Positions 1-8,819 of a DNA stretch of 16,198 bases are shown one piece after another; the stretch's first letter is position 1, and every line of letters begins with the position of its first letter. A program made the position numbers and the translations under genes. Location of the stretch: the NCBI GenBank assembly GCA_024626585.2, contig JANKJI020000004.1, positions 132,591,222 through 132,607,419 on the forward strand. The letters run 5' to 3'. This DNA is from Ginkgo biloba (lineage: Eukaryota; Plantae; Ginkgophyta). Below the pieces are notes generated by a model that was given only the letters and a program-made list of their open reading frames with translations, had not been told where the DNA came from and did no database searches.

Positions 1-317
1 AGTTGGTTCTCTCTCACTGAAGGTTTTGCACTAGTTGAGCACCAGTTTGCCTCATTGTATCTCTCCTCAACCAACCGATTCGATCCTATTAAATTAGGTG
101 TGTATTGATGTGATTCCACATCACTCAATGTGATAGATCCACATCATGATGGTAGAAGTATGTAATTTGAATAGAGAAAATATATTATAAAATATCCTAG
201 TGGTTTCTTGTGTACAAATAAAAGAGTGGTAAGGAAGAAAGCATCCCAATGTTATTGCCTTCAAAACAAAAATGGATTTTGATAGAAGGAAGACAAGGGA
301 CCAACTTAAGAAGTGTA

Positions 318-1112
318 GCCACTACTCAAAGAATTTCTAGCTATGTTTCTAGAAGGTCTTTTGGTTGGATTGCCTCCATCAAGGGTTGTAGAGCATGCAA
401 TTCAATTGGGGCTAGAAACAAAGCCTACTTATCAACTTCCCTATAGGTTAAGTCACAAGGAGAAAGATAGTTGGAGAAGCTAGTAGGGGAACTATACAAG
501 AAAGGCTTCATTCAACCATCCAAGTTGCCATTTGGTGCACAAGTATTGTTGGTAAGAAAAAAGGGTGATTTTATGAGAATGTGTATCGAATATCATAAGA
601 AAAGGCCAATTCTATTAGAATGTGTCAATTATTATTCTTTGAATAATGTCTATGATCAAAGATAAGTTTCCACTACTTACGATCAATGAATTACAAGACA
701 TAATGAAAGGATCTACAATACGCTTTGATGAGGAAGATGTGGAGAAGACACCGTTCAGGACAAGAGATGGATTCTATGAGTTTTTGGTAGTCCTTTTTGT
801 CTCACAAATGACCCATCTACATTTTTGAGACTCATGAATGATACTCTTAGACCATATTTAGGCAAATTTGTCATGGTGCTTTTAAACGCTATCATGATTT
901 TCAACAAGAATAAAAGCGAGCATGCCGAGCGTTTAAGTGAGGTCATAAAGATGCCAAGGCAATGGAAGTTCTGTGCCATGCAATCAAAATGTAACCTCAC
1001 GAAGGAAGAGATTGAGAACCTTGGACATATTATAGCAAAGAATATTAACAGTTTGAGATTGGTGAAACCTTACAATGTACACAATGTTAGGAGTTTCTTG
1101 GGAATGTGTTAG
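318..1112 (+). pseudogene. Gypsy reverse transcriptase pseudogene
   Basis: ORF-track fragments 471-665, 646-828 and 825-1112 are consecutive RT pieces separated by frameshifts. The catalytic YxDD reads LLNA (879-890). The FSKIDLRSGYHQ-type block is missing between KGST and IRFDEED (~717). Confidence 0.9.
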
Positions 1113-2082
1113 ATTGTGTAGGAAGCTTGTCCTAAATTTCTCTCAAATAACATCTTCATTGATAGAGTTATTAAGGAAATCAAGGCAATGCTAATGGGGG
1201 TATAAGCATCAAGGTTTCTTTGGAACTTTGAATATCCAACTCATAGACGCGCTAGTCATGACACCTTTGACTTTTTAAATCTTTCCAATTATTTGTTGAT
1301 GCTAGTGCGATGGAAATAGGAGTGTGCTAATCTAGGATGGAAAAGTGATTATCTATAAGAGTAGGAAAATGAATGTAGCAGAGAGAAGATATGCTATCTT
1401 TGATTAGTAGTTGTTGGCCATATCAATGAAGATTTTCGAGCACTATAAAAAATGGCTTCGAGGTATATACAAACATAAACCATTTCTTAGTTTCTACCAA
1501 TAGAACTTTAAGAATACATGTGCAACACTAGTAATTTCTAACACATGGATAATATGCCAAGAGCTCATGCAACAACAATGCAAGTTCTAACACTAGTAAG
1601 CATGCAACCATAAGAATGACACTCTTTTGAGCTATGTATAGGTATGAGCCACTAATGCTCGTAGAACTCAAACATTTTTGGGGAAGAACACATACCATTA
1701 GAAGTAACGGAGATAATGCAAGAGGAACTCAAACAATCCAAAGCTAATATGTAAAGGGTATAAGCAAGAGCAAAGCTATATGTAGATTTCCAAAGGTCAC
1801 GGAGTTCATTTATAGTNNNNNNNNNNNNNNNNNNNNNNNNNNNNNNNNNNNNNNNNNNNNNNNNNNNNNNNNNNNNNNNNAAATTTATTCCATGGTATTG
1901 AAGATCATTCAGATGCTTGTAAAAGCTTAATGAAGTCACTTAAAGGTTGCACCTACTTGCTCATGTAATGATTTATTTGGTATTTTGTGTGGGTGTATTA
2001 AAGAATGCACTTTTAAGGTATGACAATGTGTTACCCACTTTTGTTGATCTATAAGAGAGAAGAAATTGCTTGTTAGCATATC

Positions 2083-2190
2083 AAAATCTTAGACACAAGA
2101 GTATGGAAGCTTTTGAAATAGAGCAATTGATGAGTACTTAATTGGAACGGTCAGATAGAGTTTTGGAAGAGGCAAAATGGGAGTTTGCAA
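2083..2190 (+). pseudogene. Integrase C-terminal chromodomain remnant
   Basis: Across frameshifts it reads KILDTRVWKLL.RAIDEYLI....DRVLEEAKWEF. This matches the chromovirus pattern (E.ILD.R.....EYLVKW......ATWE) at the expected position, downstream of the GPY/F-like region. Confidence 0.65.
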
Positions 2191-2231
2191 GTTTCTATTG
2201 ATTATATGTGCTTATTTGAGGCATTGAGCTT

Positions 2232-2248
2232 AGAGAGGCAGGGAGAAA
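2232..2248 (+). other. Polypurine tract (PPT) of the left gypsy element
   Basis: agagaggcagggagaaa lies just after the chromodomain-coding end, where chromovirus PPTs sit. The 3' LTR should follow, but no clean TG start is seen and a 100-N gap begins at 2323. Confidence 0.5.
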
Positions 2249-2422
2249 TAACACAACATTGAATAAATTAGTTAATCTAGTGAAGGTAAAGCAAAGAAAG
2301 TGTCACAAATCCGACCTTATGANNNNNNNNNNNNNNNNNNNNNNNNNNNNNNNNNNNNNNNNNNNNNNNNNNNNNNNNNNNNNNNNNNNNNNNNNNNNNN
2401 NNNNNNNNNNNNNNNNNNNNNN

Positions 2423-3354
2423 GTTAATAGAATCTATGTTATTTCTCTGCAAATCTTTGTGAATGTCTCCTTGTCTCTTCATTTCAATTCATCTTGTTGT
2501 GAGCCTAATTTATTTGCAAGTCTTTCGCTTCGCATATAAGGGGATTCAATTCAACCCTTGCCCATTTGGCCTCACATTAGTCATAACCCTAGAATTCTCT
2601 CTCATTAATAGTGCCCCTTTTAGGGCATTAAATTTGTCATTTATAACAATAAATGCGACTTTTATTAAATCCTAAGTCGACTTTGACCAATTTGACCAAG
2701 TCAAACCGTGTATTAATTATTGTTGACATCATAATTCTGTATTTTAAGGTCGATTGAAGGCTTTGACCAAGTTTGATCGCATCATTAATGCTCTTTAAGT
2801 CGGTCGATGTCATAAATTTGGATTTTAATGTCATCTGAAGCTTTGACTTGTGTTGACCGCGTGATAATAATTGCTAAGTCGATTGTTGATGTCATTCGTA
2901 CTTCCTTAAGTCGATTGAGGTCATAACTGATCTGTACTAGTCGACTAACATCATTATAAATGTGGCTTTACTTTCCTTAGCCATAAATGCGGCTATTTTG
3001 AGGATTTTGATTGCTTTTGACCAACGGATTTTGTTGTTGTAGTTGCCATAAATGTTGCTACCATGTCATCCTCAATGCTGTTACATCATTAAGGCTGCCA
3101 CGCCATCGTTAAGGCTTCCATGTCATTGCTAAGGCCTTTGACCATGAGATAAGGGTTGTTTGATTCAACCAACATTGTTTGACTAGCTGTTTTATCCTTC
3201 CTTGAGGTGGTTTTGACCTACCTTGAATGCCTTTCCAAGGTGGTTTTTCCCCTTTTTAAGTGGTTTTGACTCAATTTCCTCATCTATTCACGTCACATCC
3301 TCTGTCGATGCCACGTCGTCAGTTTGCATATCTGTCGGGGACAAATATCCTACA
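2423..3354. mobile_element. Probable LTR fragment of a third element, inserted into the integrase of the minus-strand gypsy remnant
   Basis: Non-coding, retains CpG (many gtcga motifs) and has internal degenerate repeats. It ends in ...ggggacaaatatcctaCA (TGTAGG... on the minus strand) exactly where integrase homology (DFVTK...QGSDV) stops. The other end is lost in the 2323-2422 gap, so no TSD can be tested. Confidence 0.4.
3084..3137. repeat. 20-bp degenerate tandem repeat, about 2.7 copies
   Basis: catcattaaggctgccacgc / catcgttaaggcttccatgt / cattgctaaggcct. Confidence 0.7.
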
Positions 3355-4096
3355 AACATCGCTCCCTTGAATACACGAAAACTTAGTAACGAAATCCANN
3401 NNNNNNNNNNNNNNNNNNNNNNNNNNNNNNNNNNNNNNNNNNNNNNNNNNNNNNNNNNNNNNNNNNNNNNNNNNNNNNNNNNNNNNNCAACTGTCACATT
3501 CAACCACATAACATTGAATCTCCTTCTTCATTCCCCTCTAAAAAAAAGATCTCTAGATCCTCCCCAAAGTCTTAAAGAATCCCTCATTCCTTGTAGTAGG
3601 CGCAACGTGGCATTCTTCTAGAACTCTTGATTTGAAGGAAGAATTTTGGGGTACATAGATACGTCCCTTATACCATAGTAAACCAATTTTCCACTTGTAA
3701 GGTTGCGATAGATTACCTGTTCCTTGTTGCAATTCCGATATTAGCTTGTACACCTCACCATCCTTCACATATTTAGCTTGCAAATCTATTGTCCATAGCG
3801 GTTCAACTACTGTTATGGCATCAACCCATCCACCTGGATCCTCCCTTCTCAAAAGGGCATTTGCTACTACATTTCTCTTGCCCCTTTTGTGGTGTATTTC
3901 AAAGTCATATGATTGTATATTAGTTATGCATTTTTGCTGCACTAAACTAAGTATCTTTTGGGACAAGACATACTTTAAACTATCGTGGTTTGTGCGTACT
4001 TGAAACTTGCTGTCCAAAAGATAACGACGCCTTTTTTTGATTGCATGTATGATGACTATCATCTCTTTATCACAAGTAGATAATGCTCACACTAGT
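3355..4096 (-). mobile_element. Second decayed Ty3/gypsy pol remnant (RNase H C-terminus, linker, integrase zinc finger, start of DDE core)
   Basis: Minus strand reads LSTCDKEMIVIIHAIKKRRRYLLDSKFQVRTNHDSLKYVLSQ...YDFEIHHKRGKRNVVANALLRR (RNase H end). It continues GLLWYKGRIYVP...VLEECHVAPTTRNEGFFKTLGRI*RSFF.RGMKKEIQCYVVECDS (HHCC zinc-finger region), then after an 89-N gap DFVTKFSCIQGSDV (MDFITGLP-type start of the integrase core). Confidence 0.9.
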
Positions 4097-4196
4097 NNNN
4101 NNNNNNNNNNNNNNNNNNNNNNNNNNNNNNNNNNNNNNNNNNNNNNNNNNNNNNNNNNNNNNNNNNNNNNNNNNNNNNNNNNNNNNNNNNNNNNNN

Positions 4197-4224
4197 AGAG
4201 AGAGAGAGAGAGAGAGAGAGAGAG
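4197..4224. repeat. (AG)14 microsatellite, truncated on the left by an N-gap
   Basis: Perfect AG dinucleotide run read directly from the sequence. Confidence 0.95.
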
Positions 4225-5556
4225 TAAATTAAATACGTGCTATAACATTGTTTTGTTATGATCATATATTTGGCCTGAGACTTTATGCAAGTTCTATAGA
4301 AAGTACTAGGGGAGTCTATAATAAAAACACTTTAACACTCCTAAATGCAGTTGAGACTTCCACCCCTACCAGAATTCTATCCCCTATCATCTATAAGCCG
4401 CTAGCATCTATAAGGTGTTCCCACAAGTCTATATGGTGTACTACCTACAGAAGTGATGGCAATGCTTACCACAAGCTTTACATGCCCAGCTATCATGCAC
4501 TACAGACTCAGGCCTCATGTAGTGGCAAGCCTAATGTTGTCACCTTATCCGTTCAAGGAAGTCAGCAATCCATGTAAGACCTTATTCAATCAAGGAGGCT
4601 GGTCTGGATAGCTACCATACCCAGCAGGTTTCCCATAATAATAATCATATAATTTGGAGACAAGTCTTAGACTTCTGTCCTTCTCATATGGCTCCTACAG
4701 TTAACAGGTAGCCCATAAGTCCCTTAAGGTCCTGCTAAGTAATTTCACTCGTGAGCTTTGGTTGGATCCTGAACTAGAGTAGGTTACTCTCTTGTTGTGC
4801 TGATCGTATGCTTGCTTGAAACTTGATGCAAGCTCTATAGAGTGAGCTTGGAGAGGTTGTAACAAATGGAAAGATGCCCTGATGTTCTTACACATATGTC
4901 TGCACTGATTGGTGGTACCTTGCATATGCAGGGTTGTTTGCATGGCAAGGAATCTGTTATAAAAAAGGACCACTTGCAAGCAATGGATTTTAGGCATTTC
5001 TGCTGCCAAACATCTTTGTAAGCCCACNNNNNNNNNNNNNNNNNNNTAATTGTGAAATGAAGTTGCACCTATTGTGTTGTGAATCTTAGAACTAATAGAG
5101 ATGAGCCTAGAGCATGCTTAGAGACCTTAGAATGGGAGCAGTCCATGTATATATTTGTGTTTTTACTCTTGCTTGTTTGAGTGGATGTATAGGTGTGTGC
5201 AGGTCTGTTAAAAATTGCTTTTGCTGAATTGTTTCTTCTATATACATGAAGTTTTAAGTGATTTTTCATGATGTTGAAGCTGTTTGATGCTACATTTTAG
5301 TTAGATGTATGTAATGTATTTCAATAGCAGCCTCTTTGAAATTACCGTGCTTGCTTTTTTCTGTATTCATCTTACATGAATGTGATCACTATATAGCTCA
5401 GCTTATTTGCTATTTACACAACCTTGAAGGAAAATAGATAATGTAATACTAATTTATGCAATACATATCCACAATGGAGTCTCTGTGTGTCCCTGTGCAC
5501 ACATTCCTGTATACATTTTTGTTTCTTTAGTCACAGTCAATCTGTGTCTGCCACAG

Positions 5557-5670
5557 GATGGAAGGAGAAGCGATGGACGTCATGCAACAGAGATACGTCA
5601 AATCCAGTCTCAATGTGGGTTACTTCCTAGAGCTCATGGAAGTGCGCTATTCACTAGAGGAGAGACGCAG
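5557..5670 (+). CDS. PNP1: PNPase internal exon A (38 codons): [38 protein letters not shown]
   Basis: Acceptor ccacag|GAT and donor CAG|gtggtt. Start of the second RNase PH domain (R.DGR...R.I...[15 protein letters not shown]). Confidence 0.95.
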
Positions 5671-5970
5671 GTGGTTTTTCTGGCCTACTTTCATTTAATG
5701 ATTTTCCTCATGAAAGTCAAGGAACTCAATTATTTAAGCAAAAATTTCTATGTCAGCAATTTGTTTTCGTGTTTTTACTTTTACATGCTAGTTGAATTAG
5801 CCAAAATCTTTTCCTCTTCTTCGTTGGGTGTCTTACCATATGATTTGTGTCTTTTTTCCCATATCACTGTGTGAACGGTCCTTTGGAAATAAATGCGATG
5901 TTGAAAACTTACTATGAATCAGATTAAGAATGTACTTATTGCACTGACAAATATTGTCAAATTTGTACAG

Positions 5971-6063
5971 TCATTGGCAGTTACTACTCTTGGAGGCAAT
6001 CGCATGGGTCAAAGGTTAGATAATCTTATAGAAGTTGATGAAGTAAAACGATTCTATCTCCAG
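5971..6063 (+). CDS. PNP1: PNPase internal exon B (31 codons): SLAVTTLGGNRMGQRLDNLIEVDEVKRFYLQ
   Basis: Acceptor gtacag|TCA and donor CAG|gtgaat. Phase 0/0, continues exon A directly. Confidence 0.95.
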
Positions 6064-6516
6064 GTGAATCTCTTTTGGTCTCCAGCTGAATCTGCATTAT
6101 GTGTTAAAAAGATTTTTCATTGAAAGCATAGTGGCATAAATGCAGAGATACTTAAATATNNNNNNNNNNNNNNNNNNNNNNNNNNNNNNNNNNNNNNNNN
6201 NNNNNNNNNNNNNNNNNNNNNNNNNNNNNNNNNNNNNNNNNNNNNNNNNNNNNNNNNNNNNNNNNNNNNNNNNNNNNNNNNNNNNNNNNNNNNNNNNNNN
6301 NNNNNNNNNNNNNNNNNNNNNNNNNNNNNNNNNNNNNNNNNNNNNNNNNNNNNNNNNNNNNNNNNNNNNNNNNNNNNNNNNNNNNNNNNNNNNNNNNNTT
6401 GGCCAGTTCTTTGTGACTATGTTGCATTGTTATGATCTACTGATTCACTGTCATTTTAAGATGTAAAGATTTAATGAACACCCATTGAATGTTTTGTGCA
6501 ATCATGGATATTGCAG

Positions 6517-6695
6517 TATTCTTTCCCCCCATCATGTGTAGGAGAAGTAGGACGTATGGGAGCTCCAAGCCGGAGAGAAATCGGTCATGGAATGCTTTCA
6601 GAAAGAGCACTTGAACCTGCACTTCCTTCTGAAGAAGAATTTCCCTATACAATCCGTGTCGAGAGTAATATTACAGAAAGCAATGGTTCTTCAAG
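6517..6695 (+). CDS. PNP1: PNPase internal exon C: [59 protein letters not shown](S)
   Basis: Acceptor ttgcag|TAT and donor AG|gtcagg (phase 2). Contains RREIGHG and the SNGSSS phosphate-binding motif, whose last Ser codon is split by the intron. Confidence 0.96.
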
Positions 6696-6938
6696 GTCAG
6701 GCCCTGAATAAAAACTTCATGTCATTGGAATATTCTTTTGTGTACTTGATAGTTTATGAAGACACTTCTAGATGTGTTCATTCATATGGATTGTGGTGAA
6801 TAGAGAATGATTTTGTTGATGGGCATTTTTGGCTACTAATGAAAGGTGGTGATATATACAGTATTATTCAATCTTTGTTATCCATTTTTGAGAATTATGT
6901 GAGTGAGGTAATGCTTATAAATCATATATGATCTGCAG

Positions 6939-7122
6939 CATGGCCTCTGTCTGTGGAGGTTGCTTGGCACTGCTGGATGCAGGAGTTCCATTAAAATGCT
7001 CTATAGCTGGAGTTGCGATGGGCATGGTTTTTGACACCAAAGAATGTGGAGGGGATGGTTCACCACTCATTCTCTCTGACATTATTGGATCTGAAGATGC
7101 TTTAGGTGACATGGATTTCAAG
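6939..7122 (+). CDS. PNP1: PNPase internal exon D: (S)[61 protein letters not shown]
   Basis: Acceptor ctgcag|C completes AG+C = Ser. Donor AAG|gtccgt. Contains the metal-binding EDxxGDMDFK signature. Confidence 0.96.
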
Positions 7123-7302
7123 GTCCGTCCAGACGTATTTTTTTGTTCTCTACATATGTTTAAGAAATAATAGGTGACTGAACATAATATTTACATTGTT
7201 TATCCTCTATGTAGTACCATGAATTACTTTTGTCATTAATTTCTATGTTGCTCAAAGAAACTGATATGTGAGGGCATAACATTTGGAGCTTTAATTTCAC
7301 AG

Positions 7303-7350
7303 GTTGCTGGGAATGAGAAGGGAATCACAGCATTTCAAATGGACTTAAAG
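7303..7350 (+). CDS. PNP1: PNPase internal exon E (48 nt, absent from the ORF track): VAGNEKGITAFQMDLK
   Basis: Acceptor tttcacag|GTT and donor AAG|gttgca. Supplies the conserved VAG...G.TA.QMD.K segment needed between exons D and F. Confidence 0.95.
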
Positions 7351-7704
7351 GTTGCATTATTAGACGTTTACTTAAAGCTACAGTTTGTTAGTATTTAACA
7401 CTTATTAAATTCATATGCATGCAATCTAAAGAAGAAGAAATGATTGAACCATTTATACTGTTGTAAACATGAGAAAATTGAATAAGTACACAATCTTTTT
7501 TACCATTTCGATAATTTCCTGATGTCACATCCTTGTACACATTAATATTCATGCACAAAGGTGTTTAAAAAATTTGTTTCACTTGTATCCAGAAATTAGA
7601 AATTCAACTTGACCAACGGATTCAGCTTTGCTTCACTCCAAAGTGCTAGACTGCCAATTTCAACTTTTTTTGGGTTCATACTCTTTATTTACTTTGTGTT
7701 GCAG

Positions 7705-7777
7705 ATGGTAGGGATCACAATACCAATTATAAAGCAAGCTCTTGCACAAGCACGAAAAGGAATATGTCATATTCTGG
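7705..7777 (+). CDS. PNP1: PNPase internal exon F: MVGITIPIIKQALAQARKGICHIL + 1 nt
   Basis: Pyrimidine-rich acceptor ttgcag|ATG and donor G|gtatga (phase 1). Matches the GIT..I...AL.QA..G..HIL helix that ends the second PH domain. Confidence 0.9.
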
Positions 7778-8126
7778 GTATGATCAACCTCCAACTTATC
7801 TATGAAATGGTGTTTTGGTTTGTTGTGACATCATATAGGTTGTTTTCACTGTTGCCAATGCACATAACTATGCACTCTAAGCCAATGCACAGGTTGATAA
7901 TATTTGTTATTGTTAATTTGCCTGAGAAGCAAGACCTTTTTCACTGCTAGGAGTTGTTCTCTGACATTGGCTTGAACTGTCTGTGAAGTGCCCGAGCTGA
8001 ATATATCACTCTTGTTTGAGTTCTTGTATCGCATCTGAAAACTTTGAATTTCCTTCTATTGCCTACAGACAGCTGAGTGTATCCAGTTGCTGCAAGGGAT
8101 GGAAAGCCAAGTTAATAGGTGCAATA

Positions 8127-8819
8127 TGTAACAGTCCCACCTTTGGTCATGAATGCTAATCTATATTAATTTTCTTAAGCATACATTGAACATGAAATAA
8201 CATAAATAAATAATTAGACAGTATGCATGTTGAATCAGAGTGCAAGTTGATATAAATGAATAAAAGCAATAAGTATGCAGAATNNNNNNNNNNNNNNNNN
8301 NNNNNNNNNNNNNNNNNNNNNNNNNNNNNNNNNNNNNNNNNNNNNNNNNNNNNNNNNNNNNNNNNNNNNNNNNNNNNNNNNNNGGGGTGAGTATCTCACT
8401 GAGAGATAACCTTAGTTCCGAATAGGAGTTAAAAATATACCTATACTTGGCACTCTTATTTGGCTATAGGGGGTGGAATCAAGCAAGGAGGTTTCTTGCT
8501 GCTAGCACATAGTATTTATGTGCCGGAGGTTTGATTAGTAGCCAATTAGGCCCCTTTAGGCGGTCCGCGATGGCCAACAATGGATGCTAGCATAAGTTGC
8601 TTACGTCTACCTTTGCTGCTAATGGTCTAGTCTTTTAAGCCTAGTATGTGTTTGTACTTGCAGCACTTGATTAATTAATATGAATGAATATTTGCTTAAT
8701 ACATTTTTACTCTAATAACTTATCTCTCTTCCAACATTTGATAGTGTTAGCAGGTTTAAGACGCAGGACTTTTACACCATGCCAAGCTGATATTCCGCCT
8801 CTTTGGTTTCCCCGTTACA
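8127..8819. mobile_element. Candidate (solo) LTR-like segment
   Basis: Begins TGTAACagtccc and ends ccccGTTACA, a 6-bp terminal inverted repeat typical of gypsy LTRs. It is non-coding. The flanks (caata / agtgt) give no TSD, and a 100-N gap lies inside. Confidence 0.35.

Larger units (their letters stand above)
147..2250 (+). mobile_element. Decayed Ty3/gypsy chromovirus-type LTR retrotransposon, internal pol remnant (PR-RT linker, RT, partial RNase H, internal deletion, integrase C-terminus, chromodomain, PPT)
   Basis: Hand translation across frameshifts and stops gives, in order: LLKEFLAMFLEGLLVGLPPSRVVEHAIQL...PYRLSHKE (~320-465); LEKLVGELYKKGFIQPSKLPFGAQVLLVRKKGDFMRMCIEY; KDKFPL...EEDVEKTPFRTRDGFYEFLV; RLMNDTLRPYLGKFVMV...EHAERL...SKC...LGHII...VRSFLG (RT); DASAMEIG...SRKMNVAERRYAIFD (RNase H, ~1298-1410); KHATIRMT.FELC..YEP and ARAKLYVDFQR (integrase C-terminal part); KFIPWY*RSFRCL*KLNEVT*RLHL...IYLVFCVGVLK (GPY/F-region-like, 1881-2002). 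The RT-RH-IN order is diagnostic of gypsy elements. The 5' boundary is approximate. Confidence 0.9.
5557..7777 (+). other. PNP1: Span of a partial gene model for chloroplast-type polyribonucleotide nucleotidyltransferase (PNPase): join(5557..5670,5971..6063,6517..6695,6939..7122,7303..7350,7705..7777)
   Basis: Six GT-AG exons with consistent phases splice into a stop-free 230-aa peptide collinear with plant plastid PNPase as I recall it. Motifs include [71 protein letters not shown], EDxxGDMDFKVAG and TAFQMD. Introns are 300, 453, 243, 180 and 354 nt. Confidence 0.95.

Noticed and set aside
1-146. Possible LTR 3' end (...ccacatCA) with hairpin tgatgtg-attc-cacatca at 106-123
   Set aside because: No PBS follows, the other terminus lies outside the window, and a 7-bp stem is weak evidence.
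4248-5269. ORFs 4248-4577, 4701-5027, 4835-5068 and 5069-5269
   Set aside because: No recognisable domains, including LINE or gag/pol motifs. Likely chance ORFs in intronic or old repeat DNA.
6140-6466. ORFs spanning N-runs (also 2259-2539, 9479-9890 and 10698-10952)
   Set aside because: Their length is an artefact of Ns translating as X.
5485-7950. ORF-track ORFs 5485-5874, 5914-6123, 6496-6711, 6928-7170 and 7609-7950 as separate genes
   Set aside because: Each is a PNPase exon extended by read-through into intron. Homology starts and stops at AG/GT sites.
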